Shown: positions 44,619 to 53,588 of the stretch, piece by piece | How positions within the stretch are numbered: position 1 is the first letter of the stretch | Layout: each line of letters begins with the position of its first letter | Origin: a virus | Taxonomy: Duplodnaviria; Caudoviricetes | IMG/VR virus record: IMGVR_UViG_3300020281_000001 | Coordinates: 1,442-65,441 of that record | Strand: one strand, 5' to 3' | Length of the DNA: 64,000 nt | Made by a program: the position numbers and the translations under genes | The notes under the pieces: model-generated | Databases searched by the model: none | Told to the model about the DNA's origin: nothing | The model's input: only the letters and a program-made list of their open reading frames with translations

Positions 44619-44773
44619 TTGTTATATATTTTTAAAGATTCTTTTTCTGATAAAGCTTTTTCATGATTAAATCCACCGTTTTTTAAATAAGGATAAAAAT
44701 GTTTTTCTTCCCAGTGATCTCTATATTCAACACCACTAGGAAACTCTGCATCACATTGACTACATTTTATCAT
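44615..44773 (-). CDS. 52-aa C2H2-type zinc-finger protein; not in the ORF track
   Basis: MIKCSQCDAEFPSGVEYRDHWEEKH...; fills the gap with ATGA coupling. Confidence 0.65.
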   Translation of the reverse strand: MIKCSQCDAEFPSGVEYRDHWEEKHFYPYLKNGGFNHEKALSEKESLKIYNK

Positions 44774-45095
44774 ATTTCTTTTTACCATATATCATCGAAG
44801 TCTTCACCTTCGTTAGCTTTTGAATAATCCGTTGGTCTAACAGCAAAAAAATCAGTGTGAGTATGACCACCAGTAAGATGATAAAACCAGTCGAGGTTTT
44901 TTGCTCCTGATTTATCATACGTAAAGTGCTCCCGTTCGTCCCTGTAACCGAGCTCCACGAGTTTTTCATTGAGTCTTTTTCTGATAAATTGTTTGAGATC
45001 GTATGATTTAAGGTTTTCAATGTCTCCTTGTTCAAACATTTTGTCGATATATTTTTCTTCTGCTTTAAGCATTGTGTGTGCTGCATTAATAACAT
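44760..45095 (-). CDS. Possible nested +1-frame membrane protein in nrdB
   Basis: 111 open codons; TM helix GFIILLVVILTLIFLLL; GC-rich codons at 44880-45000. Confidence 0.45.
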   Translation of the reverse strand: MLLMQHTQCLKQKKNISTKCLNKETLKTLNHTISNNLSEKDSMKNSWSSVTGTNGSTLRMINQEQKTSTGFIILLVVILTLIFLLLDQRIIQKLTKVKTSMIYGKKKYDKM

Positions 45096-45750
45096 CTTTT
45101 TTACATTTATTTAAAAGAGAATTATCTTCTTGACACATATGTCTAAATAATTTACAACCCATTTTAGAGTGTAATGATTCATCTCTTACAGACCATTTCA
45201 TTTGTTGACCTATACCTTTTAAAAGATTTCTGAGTTGAAAACTATATAAAACAGCAAATGCAGAATAAAGACTAACACCTTCAGCAAAGGCACTAAATAT
45301 TGCAATGCTTCTTGCAATTCCAGTAGTGTTGTTTCCATCATAACTAATTAAATTATCAAAGCGTTCCATAGTTGCTTCGTCTTGTAAAAATGCTTCAAAA
45401 TTTTCAAGACCTAACGTTTCATTTAAATAAGAATAAGCTACAGCATGTATTGTTTCTTGTGATCCAAACATCATAGCCATTTGTTGTATTTCATGTTTAG
45501 GAAACCAACTAACTACTTTCTGTGTCCAATAATCAGATACAGCACACTCTGTTTGTGCAAATCCTAATAATATATTACCTACTAAATTTTTTTCACTTTC
45601 AGTAAGTTTTTCTTGCCAATCTTTTACATCACTCGACATAGGTATTTCTGTGTGTAACCAAAAAGCTTGAGCTTGTTTTAACCACCCATCATTATAATAT
45701 TCAGGGTACTCAAAAGGTTTATAATGTACTCTTGGATCAAATAATCCCAT
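44782..45750 (-). CDS. nrdB: Ribonucleotide reductase class I beta subunit
   Basis: FWLHTEI, ETIHAVAYS (ExxH plus radical Tyr), EGVSLYSAF, RDESLH, DFFAVRPTDY. Confidence 0.95.
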   Translation of the reverse strand: MGLFDPRVHYKPFEYPEYYNDGWLKQAQAFWLHTEIPMSSDVKDWQEKLTESEKNLVGNILLGFAQTECAVSDYWTQKVVSWFPKHEIQQMAMMFGSQETIHAVAYSYLNETLGLENFEAFLQDEATMERFDNLISYDGNNTTGIARSIAIFSAFAEGVSLYSAFAVLYSFQLRNLLKGIGQQMKWSVRDESLHSKMGCKLFRHMCQEDNSLLNKCKKDVINAAHTMLKAEEKYIDKMFEQGDIENLKSYDLKQFIRKRLNEKLVELGYRDEREHFTYDKSGAKNLDWFYHLTGGHTHTDFFAVRPTDYSKANEGEDFDDIW

Positions 45751-45752
45751 AA

Positions 45753-45998
45753 TTATTTTTTTAATTTATATGGACGAGATTTTGGATAACGCTTGTTATC
45801 AAACAAATAATGTCTATATGTTAATCTAACTTGTGGATTAAATGGCCTTAAACCTTGATCAAAATTCATTTGATCTTGATCAAAATCTCCATCGTTATTT
45901 AACGGTATATCATATGTTGCTCTTGCTTCAACAAACATTTGTCCACCCGCACATGAGGTTAATAATGTTATTATACTTAAGTAAAATAATTTTTTCAT
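45753..45998 (-). CDS. Small lipoprotein, possible superinfection-exclusion factor
   Basis: Lipobox MKKLFYLSIITLLTS-C. Confidence 0.7.
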   Translation of the reverse strand: MKKLFYLSIITLLTSCAGGQMFVEARATYDIPLNNDGDFDQDQMNFDQGLRPFNPQVRLTYRHYLFDNKRYPKSRPYKLKK

Positions 45999-46008
45999 AA
46001 TATTTAAT

Positions 46009-46155
46009 TTAATCTTTAAAAATTTCTATACAAAGATCAACAAACGGTAAATAAATTACGTGCTGTGTTGAATCTGGTTGTGCGTAAGATCTTACTCCTA
46101 CTAATATTCCAGGATAAAAACCTAATGTTAATTCCCAACTTTTTCCTTTAAACAT
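46009..46155 (-). CDS. 48-aa hypothetical protein; not in the ORF track
   Basis: MFKGKSWELTLGFYPGILVGVRSY...HVIYLPFVDLCIEIFKD; fills the gap. Confidence 0.6.
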   Translation of the reverse strand: MFKGKSWELTLGFYPGILVGVRSYAQPDSTQHVIYLPFVDLCIEIFKD

Positions 46156-46156
46156 T

Positions 46157-46327
46157 TTAGTTACATTTTATATTAAACTTTTCTTGCATTTCAACAAGAT
46201 CCTTATATAGTACAAAACCTTTACATTCAATCCTCCATTTAACCCATTTATCTATTTGTCTTTCAGCATATTTACGTCTAGCTAATTGTTTTTGGTTTCT
46301 TGTATCAGCTTTATTGTTATATCGCAT
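46157..46327 (-). CDS. 56-aa hypothetical protein; not in the ORF track
   Basis: MRYNNKADTRNQKQLARRKYAERQIDKWVKW...; fills the gap. Confidence 0.5.
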   Translation of the reverse strand: MRYNNKADTRNQKQLARRKYAERQIDKWVKWRIECKGFVLYKDLVEMQEKFNIKCN

Positions 46328-46731
46328 TCTTTTTGATTTTGTGGTTTATACAGAGTAACACCAGGTAGATGATCTACTACATATCTTTTAAACATTTTCC
46401 AACGTAAAGGAAAGCTCTCATTAGCTCTACCTTTTGTTTCTATTATAAAACCTTTACCTATAAAATCTGGTGTATATTTAATATTAAGTATTTTTTTATT
46501 ACCTCTATTTTTATATTCTCCTTTACTATTACCACATCTTTCATAGGATTTATGAGGAAAATCAAATCCTGAAAATATTTCATATGTTTGACCCTCATAA
46601 ACTACAGGTATTTTAGCTTTTTTTAAAGCTAAATACATATACTTTTCAAGTCCTGAAGAAAAAGTAATACCATCAATAGATATTTTTTTAGACTGTACAG
46701 GACCTCTTTTTTTACGGCGAAACTTTTTCAT
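46282..46731 (-). CDS. T7 endonuclease I-like Holliday junction resolvase
   Basis: FSSGLE...YE...YTPDF...IETKG PD-(D/E)XK pattern. Confidence 0.85.
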   Translation of the reverse strand: MKKFRRKKRGPVQSKKISIDGITFSSGLEKYMYLALKKAKIPVVYEGQTYEIFSGFDFPHKSYERCGNSKGEYKNRGNKKILNIKYTPDFIGKGFIIETKGRANESFPLRWKMFKRYVVDHLPGVTLYKPQNQKECDITIKLIQETKNN

Positions 46732-46957
46732 AGTCTACTTCTATTTGATCTTGTAGACATTGTTTAGCTGCTTCAATATATAATAAAGCATCCATTATTT
46801 CCTCTTGTACATCTACTAAAAACTCGTGTAGTCCTTTTTTACCTTCTTTAACTTCAGACATCATTGTACGGCCGTATTTTTTTTGGCCAACTAAACTACG
46901 TTGATCCATTTTTCTAATAACAGATCTTACTATTTCATCTTTTGTATTTAATTTCAT
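46712..46957 (-). CDS. Small all-alpha NTP-pyrophosphatase-like protein
   Basis: GQKKYG...QEEIMDALLY (EExxD). Confidence 0.5.
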   Translation of the reverse strand: MKLNTKDEIVRSVIRKMDQRSLVGQKKYGRTMMSEVKEGKKGLHEFLVDVQEEIMDALLYIEAAKQCLQDQIEVDYEKVSP

Positions 46958-46958
46958 A

Positions 46959-47735
46959 TTATTTATCTTTTACAAATGTTCCATTAATCATTTTACCTGT
47001 TCTATTTTTTATTTCACTATAAGCTGTAGATATACAGGTTTCTATATCTACATTTCTCATGTGGGCTAAATTAGTTAACACAACAATTATATCACCTATA
47101 GCATCTATAACTTCTTTTTGATCATCTTTTAATAATGCTTTAGCTAGTTCACCCGACTCTTCCATTAACTTTATATATTGTGTATTAACATCACCTTTGT
47201 TATATAAACCTCTTTGTTTAGCCCAATCTCTTATAAGATCAAATACATAAGTATCTGTGTTACTTATATATAAAGGTGTATGATCAGTATTTAAAAAAGC
47301 TTCATAATAAGCTTTATTATAAATATAACTTCTTTGATCATTATACATAGATTTTTTAGAATTAGCTATTATCCACTTAATTGTTTTATCTGTAACATTA
47401 AACTCACCGTGTGAAGTAATCCATTTTAAATTATTTTTTACTTTTTCTAATTCATTGGGTAGTTCTTCTAACGAACAAGGAAAAGTAGAAGTTTGTTCTG
47501 TAATATTTACTTTCATTTTATTAGAATTAATTAAATTATTGTAGCCTTGTCTATCAATTTTATAGCCATAAGACTTTTGAAGTTCTATCTCCTTTTCAGA
47601 TATATAATCTATATCTTCACTAGTTTCAAGAACTTCATACTCTCCTTCTTTATATCCCTGTATAAGTGTAACTCTTGTATTAAGATTACGTGTTACACCT
47701 ATTTTTTTACCGGGTATATGATATAAGTAATACAT
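46959..47735 (-). CDS. GIY-YIG-like N-terminal domain fused to MazG-like nucleotide pyrophosphohydrolase
   Basis: N-terminal YYLYHI..KKIGVTRNLNTR...E; C-terminal WAKQRGL...KLMEESGELA...DAIGDIIVVL. Confidence 0.75.
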   Translation of the reverse strand: MYYLYHIPGKKIGVTRNLNTRVTLIQGYKEGEYEVLETSEDIDYISEKEIELQKSYGYKIDRQGYNNLINSNKMKVNITEQTSTFPCSLEELPNELEKVKNNLKWITSHGEFNVTDKTIKWIIANSKKSMYNDQRSYIYNKAYYEAFLNTDHTPLYISNTDTYVFDLIRDWAKQRGLYNKGDVNTQYIKLMEESGELAKALLKDDQKEVIDAIGDIIVVLTNLAHMRNVDIETCISTAYSEIKNRTGKMINGTFVKDK

Positions 47736-47740
47736 ACTTT

Positions 47741-48394
47741 TTATTTAATTTTATTGTTATATAAATGTAGGTTATGAGCAAAATGATAATATGTTCCAAC
47801 CGGTACATTAATACGTTGAGAAACAAGTTGTTGTAACATTGAAAAACAATACTGATCATTACAAAAACCATACCAAAGATCATTAGATCTCATAAGTACA
47901 GACATGTTTAATTTATTATTAACTATGCTAAATTGTACAGCATAAGTACAAGGTGTATCTTTTTGATATTTACTTATTTCTTTGCCATCATAAATACTTA
48001 TTGCTGCTTGTCTAGTATCTTTAACTTCTTTCAACATACCTACAACATGATCTAGTTGATAGTTTCTACTCCATTGATAACCATAATTAGATCTACACTT
48101 ACCTTCTGAGTCTTGCATTTTTTCCCATATGGGAGGTATTGAACCATATATTTCACCTAATTGAGATATATGAGGATCCTCTGTTAAATACCACTCCCAC
48201 TCAGCTTTCGCATAATCTTTATTCCATTTTCTTTCTTTATGAGTAATATCTACATCTGTTGGATTTTCTATATAAAACCCTATATTAAATAAAGCTTTAG
48301 TATCACCATATTTTATACCGTCTTTAATTATTTTTTTATAAAAATATTTAAAAACTTTGTCTGCATTTAAAAAACTATTTTTCACGTTTGTCAT
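47741..48394 (-). CDS. Thymidylate synthase-fold enzyme, dCMP hydroxymethylase/methylase type
   Basis: Catalytic PC, SNYG, MRSNDLWYGFCND (Asp where ThyA has Asn), HNLHLY. Confidence 0.8.
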   Translation of the reverse strand: MTNVKNSFLNADKVFKYFYKKIIKDGIKYGDTKALFNIGFYIENPTDVDITHKERKWNKDYAKAEWEWYLTEDPHISQLGEIYGSIPPIWEKMQDSEGKCRSNYGYQWSRNYQLDHVVGMLKEVKDTRQAAISIYDGKEISKYQKDTPCTYAVQFSIVNNKLNMSVLMRSNDLWYGFCNDQYCFSMLQQLVSQRINVPVGTYYHFAHNLHLYNNKIK

Positions 48395-48647
48395 AATAAT
48401 ATTTACACATTTGATAGTAAGCTTGCATTACATTGTCTTTAGTATAAATTGAAGGTGATACATGAGGTACTTCACCTTTTTTATACGGTCCTAAACTTAC
48501 TGTAATATACCACTTTCCTTTCTCACCATCAACAGGTTTATGTGATATTCTTATATTTTTATTAACACAATACCTGTACCATTCATTTTCTTTATTACTT
48601 GCTGAATAATTAGGTAGCGGGTTTGCGTATTTATTTTTTAATCCCAT
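48375..48647 (-). CDS. Hypothetical protein
   Basis: Overlap-coupled ORF. Confidence 0.65.
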   Translation of the reverse strand: MGLKNKYANPLPNYSASNKENEWYRYCVNKNIRISHKPVDGEKGKWYITVSLGPYKKGEVPHVSPSIYTKDNVMQAYYQMCKYYYDKREK

Positions 48648-50353
48648 GGCATTACATCTATTATATCTTTGTTTACTTCATGTGGTATAAAACAACCTGA
48701 TTTAGGTTCCCATTTAAATATAGCTTCAGCTCCATTTTCACCTAAATTTTGAAATTTAACTTTTAAAACTTTAGCTTTAACTGTTTTGTTTTCATAATCT
48801 CTATGAACTAGTATACCATGGTAACTAGCATCATACCATTCACCACCACCTTTTATGTTATACATATTAGGTTCTTCTATTTTACCGTCTTTATCTCTAT
48901 ACATTTTAGTTGGGTGTGCTACAATAAAAACTAATACATCAAATTTTTTAGCAAACACTTCTATTTTTGTAAGATATTCCATTGTATATTTATTAACATC
49001 ATCTGTTTTACAATCAACATCTCTTATTTTATTAAATGGATCTATAACTAAACATTTAATACCTTTTCTTTTTACAAGCTCTGCACCTTTTTTTAATACA
49101 GCTTCTAAAGTATATCTTTCCATATCAATAAAAAAGAAATTATCATTTATATGTTCTGATACTTTTTTCCATTGTTTTGTATTAATATCTCCAGGTGTTG
49201 GCATATCTTGCCATACTTTACGCATAAGTTTATGTGCGTGTAAATATGTAGGTGCATTTTCAGGTGATGCAAAAGCTGTTTTCCATTTATAATTTATATT
49301 GTATCCAACCACAAGTTGATCCACAAAATCAGACTTCCCAGAAGAAGGTATCCCAGTAACAGTAATAAACTGTCCGGTATAAGTTGAAAAAATTTTGTCA
49401 AAATTAGATAAACCGGCTTGATAACCAGGTTTAAAACCATGTTGTACAAAGTCTGTAATTTCTGTTTCAATATCTTTGAATGTTGTAACATTTTCCAAAG
49501 GAACGGGTTTTCCTTTTGAAATCGTGCTGAGAAAGTTTTCTTTTCCATGTTTTAATAAATATTCATTAGCGTCTTTACAATCTTTAAAATCTACTATAAA
49601 ACAAACTTCAGCACCTAAACGTCTAATAAGCTCTTGTTGTAAAGCTTGACCAGCTTCATCATTATCAACTGCTAATATTATTTTTTCTTTATTATCAAAA
49701 TAATCTATACAGTTGTCTAAATAATCTAAATTGTTTGAATTTAAAGTAGCTCCATTAGGAACAGATATAACGTTAGGTATACCGGCTTCGTGAAAAGATA
49801 AAACGTCCATTTCTCCTTCTACAATATAACATTCATTATATCCGATAACACTATCAATATTATAAAATATTTTTTCTGCTCCTTTATAAAGTTTAAAGTT
49901 TTTTCTACCATCTCTATATTTTATATTAACAAGCTCACCGCCCATCATATAATTAAATTTAATGGTGTTTTCTTTTTTGTTAGTTTGTGGCATATACTCA
50001 GGACCCTCAGAGACATTTAAGTCTTCAAGGGTTTTCTGAGATATACCTCTGCTTTTAAACCAATTAACTATTTTAGATCCTACAGGTTTATGGGTTTTTG
50101 TAGAGAAATCTGGACGAATATAATTTTTTTCACTATCACCTTTACGCTTGTAGGTATGTAGTTGATAAGTTTTATTGCAGTTATGACATGTACCAAGACC
50201 ACGTTCCCAATCATAGGAAGAACATTTTTTCTTTCTATTTTCAGGTTTTCTATGTTCGTGAGACCACGGGCATACGCCTTGTGTGGCCTTTGTGTCTAGA
50301 CTATATTGATTAAAGTTATCAATCAAAAATCCATTGATCTCTGTTGTCTGCAT
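48638..50353 (-). CDS. Primase-helicase (T7 gp4/Twinkle-like)
   Basis: Zn-binding CPWSH...CHNC; TOPRIM VEGEMD, DNDEAG, KDANE; Walker A TGIPSSGKS; LVIDP; VAHP. Confidence 0.93.
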   Translation of the reverse strand: MQTTEINGFLIDNFNQYSLDTKATQGVCPWSHEHRKPENRKKKCSSYDWERGLGTCHNCNKTYQLHTYKRKGDSEKNYIRPDFSTKTHKPVGSKIVNWFKSRGISQKTLEDLNVSEGPEYMPQTNKKENTIKFNYMMGGELVNIKYRDGRKNFKLYKGAEKIFYNIDSVIGYNECYIVEGEMDVLSFHEAGIPNVISVPNGATLNSNNLDYLDNCIDYFDNKEKIILAVDNDEAGQALQQELIRRLGAEVCFIVDFKDCKDANEYLLKHGKENFLSTISKGKPVPLENVTTFKDIETEITDFVQHGFKPGYQAGLSNFDKIFSTYTGQFITVTGIPSSGKSDFVDQLVVGYNINYKWKTAFASPENAPTYLHAHKLMRKVWQDMPTPGDINTKQWKKVSEHINDNFFFIDMERYTLEAVLKKGAELVKRKGIKCLVIDPFNKIRDVDCKTDDVNKYTMEYLTKIEVFAKKFDVLVFIVAHPTKMYRDKDGKIEEPNMYNIKGGGEWYDASYHGILVHRDYENKTVKAKVLKVKFQNLGENGAEAIFKWEPKSGCFIPHEVNKDIIDVMPWD

Positions 50354-50358
50354 GTATT

Positions 50359-50387
50359 TATTATCCTATTTGTATCGTATTTAATTA
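50359..50387 (-). promoter_or_regulatory. Phage promoter motif copy (TAATTAAATACG-N9-GGATAATA)
   Basis: Matches the 8-copy motif; ends 5 nt before the primase ATG. Confidence 0.65.
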
Positions 50388-50693
50388 GAATGGTAAGTCA
50401 TCTTCAACTGGAGCTGGTTCAGACTTTGGTTTACTAGGCTCAGTTTTAGGTGCGGCACTTACATTATCTCCATTTGTCCACACAACTTTGACATTACCTA
50501 AATAAACTTTATCTACTTTAGCTTCTCTTTCTTCTTTAGTTTGTTCAACTATTACAGGACCATTGTTTCCAAATTGATCGATCTCATCATTTATTGTTAT
50601 GCTTATAGGTAAATACTTACCTTTAGCTCCTACAATAATTTTATCCTTTGGGATATTATTTAAATTGATACTTGTTTTTAATATTGATGCCAT
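50385..50693 (-). CDS. Single-stranded DNA-binding protein-like
   Basis: Small beta-rich protein with acidic DDLPF tail, next to ERF and exonuclease. Confidence 0.7.
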   Translation of the reverse strand: MASILKTSINLNNIPKDKIIVGAKGKYLPISITINDEIDQFGNNGPVIVEQTKEEREAKVDKVYLGNVKVVWTNGDNVSAAPKTEPSKPKSEPAPVEDDLPF

Positions 50694-50902
50694 TATGCTG
50701 TTTTTAAATTTAAGTTTTGAAACATTTTACGTAATTTTCTTGTAGTTAAAGGAGTATCCTTTAATCTACGTCTAAAGTTATCTGCTACCTTTGAATAAGG
50801 GTGATAACCATCTAATGTACTCGGATTTTTATAGAACTCAGCTAAAGGAAACCGTCTACCTGTTAGTGTACAAAGCTTAGTACTTCTTTTTACTCTTGCC
50901 AT
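50693..50902 (-). CDS. Small basic protein with a degenerate Zn-finger (PLxEFY...DG)
   Basis: Likely start MARVKRS at 50902. Confidence 0.55.
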   Translation of the reverse strand: MARVKRSTKLCTLTGRRFPLAEFYKNPSTLDGYHPYSKVADNFRRRLKDTPLTTRKLRKMFQNLNLKTA

Positions 50903-50903
50903 A

Positions 50904-51635
50904 TTATAGAATTTCAGTTTTAAAAAATTGTTTAGGATCAAAATCTTTAGTTTTAAAAAATAGTTTATACTGCGCTACTGCCTCTTGTACTTTACGTTGA
51001 CCCTTTTCGTAAAATTCTTGAGAACATTCACAGATTTTAATTTGGTGAGTTACTTTATCTATAACTATAAATATCATTTCATAATTAAATAATTGATTAT
51101 AAATATAAGCTTGGCTATCATAATTATATCTTGATGCTGAAAATTTAAATTTATCTATATCAGAAGTAGTTTTTAAATCTACTATTAATCTTTCATCATG
51201 ATTAATTATATCTGCTTTACCTTTCCACATTTCACCTTCAATTTCTTTTATACCAGGTCTTTCATATTCTACTTTACCTGATCTTATAAGGTCTTGACAG
51301 ACTTTGTTATCCATTACTATTTTCACCATTAGCTCTATTTGATCAACTTCATGTTGTAATAAACAAAGTTCACCATTAGAGATCTCTTTATACGCTTTTG
51401 TGTTCCTTGTAGTAGACTCAACTATTTTAAATTTTTTTAGTTTGTCTGGTTCTAAAATAGCGGTATGAAAATAACCACCAATTAAAAAAGCTGGTCTAGC
51501 TACAGAGGGAGTATGTAACGCTAAAGGATTTTTTAATAAAGTAGAAATATCAGAGTTGCTTAAATACTGTTGGCCAAATGACCCGTAATAGTGTTCATCT
51601 ATTTCTAACTTTTTTAAAATATCACTTTCGTTCAT
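50904..51635 (-). CDS. PD-(D/E)XK exonuclease (RecE/DUF3799-like)
   Basis: LSNSDI, GGYFHTAILEP, KGKADII, IVDLKTT, YDSQAYIY. Confidence 0.85.
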   Translation of the reverse strand: MNESDILKKLEIDEHYYGSFGQQYLSNSDISTLLKNPLALHTPSVARPAFLIGGYFHTAILEPDKLKKFKIVESTTRNTKAYKEISNGELCLLQHEVDQIELMVKIVMDNKVCQDLIRSGKVEYERPGIKEIEGEMWKGKADIINHDERLIVDLKTTSDIDKFKFSASRYNYDSQAYIYNQLFNYEMIFIVIDKVTHQIKICECSQEFYEKGQRKVQEAVAQYKLFFKTKDFDPKQFFKTEIL

Positions 51636-52151
51636 TTATAAAGTTGTTAGTTCTTCTTCTAATTGTTTTGTTAAATTATATTTTGCTTTAATAGCTTCTA
51701 TTTTTCCACCGGATTTAATAAATTGTTTTGCTTTAGCAATTTGATCTATAGACATATTCTTAGAGTGATCGTTAACAGCATCACTATCTTGAGTATCATC
51801 TATTAAAAATAAATTACCTAACGCATATTTTTTACCGTAACTAGAAGCAGATCCAAATTGCTGAGGTGTTTGCATACCTTTTTGCATAAGATCTACACCA
51901 ACTAAAGCTGTAGCTGTAATTGTTTCTTCACCATCAGAAATAGTTGCTTGACTCTCAATAATAGGCATAGGATCACTAGCAATTAAATTTTCATTTAGTG
52001 TTACAGTAACTCCTAATTCTAATAAAAAGGGTTTTGTTGCTTCGAGAATGTCTTCGGCTGATCTAAAGTAGTATTTGCCGAATGAATTAAATCTTGATTT
52101 TTTAGATTTAAATTTAGTTTGTATGGTTGCTAACTTGTCGTTAATATTCAT
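51636..52151 (-). CDS. ERF-family single-strand annealing protein
   Basis: FNSFGKYYFRSAEDILEA...QQFGSASSYGKKYALGNLFLIDD..DSD. Confidence 0.88.
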   Translation of the reverse strand: MNINDKLATIQTKFKSKKSRFNSFGKYYFRSAEDILEATKPFLLELGVTVTLNENLIASDPMPIIESQATISDGEETITATALVGVDLMQKGMQTPQQFGSASSYGKKYALGNLFLIDDTQDSDAVNDHSKNMSIDQIAKAKQFIKSGGKIEAIKAKYNLTKQLEEELTTL

Positions 52152-52193
52152 AGGTTTTAAGGGTTTTAGTTAATAATATAATTATACTGTAAA

Positions 52194-52946
52194 TTACAAA
52201 TAATCAAGTACTTGTGAATGATCTACATTTTCTATAAGCTTCTGAACAGCTTGCTTTTTTATTTCTGAAATTCTAACATAAGCGCTAGTTCCTTCAATTT
52301 TAATTTTGCTTGCTATTTCTTTAGCAGAATGTTTATCACAATCAAGGCCATATGATAATCTTAAAACTTCATATTCATTTTTACTTAAATGTTTTTGCAT
52401 TAAGCTTTTTAAATATAAATTTAAAATTACTAAATTATATGGCTCTGATTGGTCAGGTATTTGGTAAACCATATCTTCATCGCTGGTTTGTGTTTTAGCA
52501 TCTATACTTAAAAATATAGAATTAAAAAACATTTCAACCATTTTTTTATCTCGAGGATTATTTCTTATCTCATTCATTTTATGCTCTGGTATCCTAATAT
52601 TTCCTCGGTTTGTATCGATAGCTCTTCTTATACTACCTTTAATTCGTTTAAAGAAAAAAGATTTTAAAGTTTTTTCTTTATCTTTTGAGTCTTTTAATAA
52701 AGTATAATCAAGCTTGTCAACTGCTTTAGTTAATCCAATTGAACCTTCCTGTATAAAATCTGTTATATCCATAACGCCTGATGCTTGTTGTGAAGTAGAA
52801 AACTTACGTGCTATATTTTCTACTAACGGTAAAAACTTTATTATTAATTCGTCTCTTGTATAGTCTAATATATTTTTATTTTTTGTTTGGCTGATCTTAA
52901 CATCTTGTTTATATCGAATATAATTTTGAACATTATATTTCTTCAT
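52194..52946 (-). CDS. Phage sigma-70-family RNA polymerase sigma factor
   Basis: Region 2 LPLVENIARKF...DFIQEGSIGLTKAVDK...RIKGSIRRAID, IRIPEH; region 4 LSKNEYEVLRLSYGL...SAKEIA. Confidence 0.9.
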   Translation of the reverse strand: MKKYNVQNYIRYKQDVKISQTKNKNILDYTRDELIIKFLPLVENIARKFSTSQQASGVMDITDFIQEGSIGLTKAVDKLDYTLLKDSKDKEKTLKSFFFKRIKGSIRRAIDTNRGNIRIPEHKMNEIRNNPRDKKMVEMFFNSIFLSIDAKTQTSDEDMVYQIPDQSEPYNLVILNLYLKSLMQKHLSKNEYEVLRLSYGLDCDKHSAKEIASKIKIEGTSAYVRISEIKKQAVQKLIENVDHSQVLDYL

Positions 52947-53547
52947 TTAATTTATGTTTTTCCAGCTTCAATTTATTACATACATTTCTGTATATAGTTC
53001 TTTTAGATACATTTAATAATTTAGATACAGCAGACCATGTTATTTTTTTACCTAAAAAATTAAGATCCAACATACATTGATATATATCTTGTTGGTTTAT
53101 ACTTTTTGATCTACCAACTAACCTACCTACAATTTTTAATTTTTCTATTGTGCTAAGACCTGTTGATTGTTTAAAAATAACTTTCCTAATTCTATTATTA
53201 GGAGGTCTATCAAAAACAACATCTAAATTATTAAGCATATCTAATAAAAATTTTTCTTTAATATCAAAGGTAATAAAATTATTTCTTTTATCTGTTATAT
53301 ACTCAGCTATTTTTTTAAACTTAGTTTTGTTCATATCAGGATTTAAATATCTTAAGACTAACAAATGCCATTTAAGTGATTTAAAACTATTTATTTTAGC
53401 TTTACTTTTAAAAAGCTGATAACATTCATAAGTACCATTTTCATAATACTTTCCCCAATTATAAACATGTGTTGGTTTATCATTTATAGGATCTCTATTA
53501 TATATAACCCTATTGTCATTTAAATATTTCATATTTCTATGTGACAC
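52933..53547 (-). CDS. DNA-binding protein with C-terminal HTH; candidate replication initiator/regulator
   Basis: KITWSAVSKLLNVSKRTIYRNV HTH; its 5' end overlaps a duplicated dyad. Confidence 0.65.
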   Translation of the reverse strand: MSHRNMKYLNDNRVIYNRDPINDKPTHVYNWGKYYENGTYECYQLFKSKAKINSFKSLKWHLLVLRYLNPDMNKTKFKKIAEYITDKRNNFITFDIKEKFLLDMLNNLDVVFDRPPNNRIRKVIFKQSTGLSTIEKLKIVGRLVGRSKSINQQDIYQCMLDLNFLGKKITWSAVSKLLNVSKRTIYRNVCNKLKLEKHKLNEEI

Positions 53548-53588
53548 TAGCTTATTACTCTTTATATACTACTATTACCTTTTGTCAC
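53541..53588. promoter_or_regulatory. Dyad GTGACACTAGCT-N23-TACCTTTTGTCAC (copy 1)
   Basis: Second copy at 58929-58974. Confidence 0.65.

Noticed and set aside
52053-52082. TTCGGC/GCCGAA hairpin near the ERF 5' end
   Set aside because: Only 6 bp and coincides with conserved FG and AE codons; insufficient alone.
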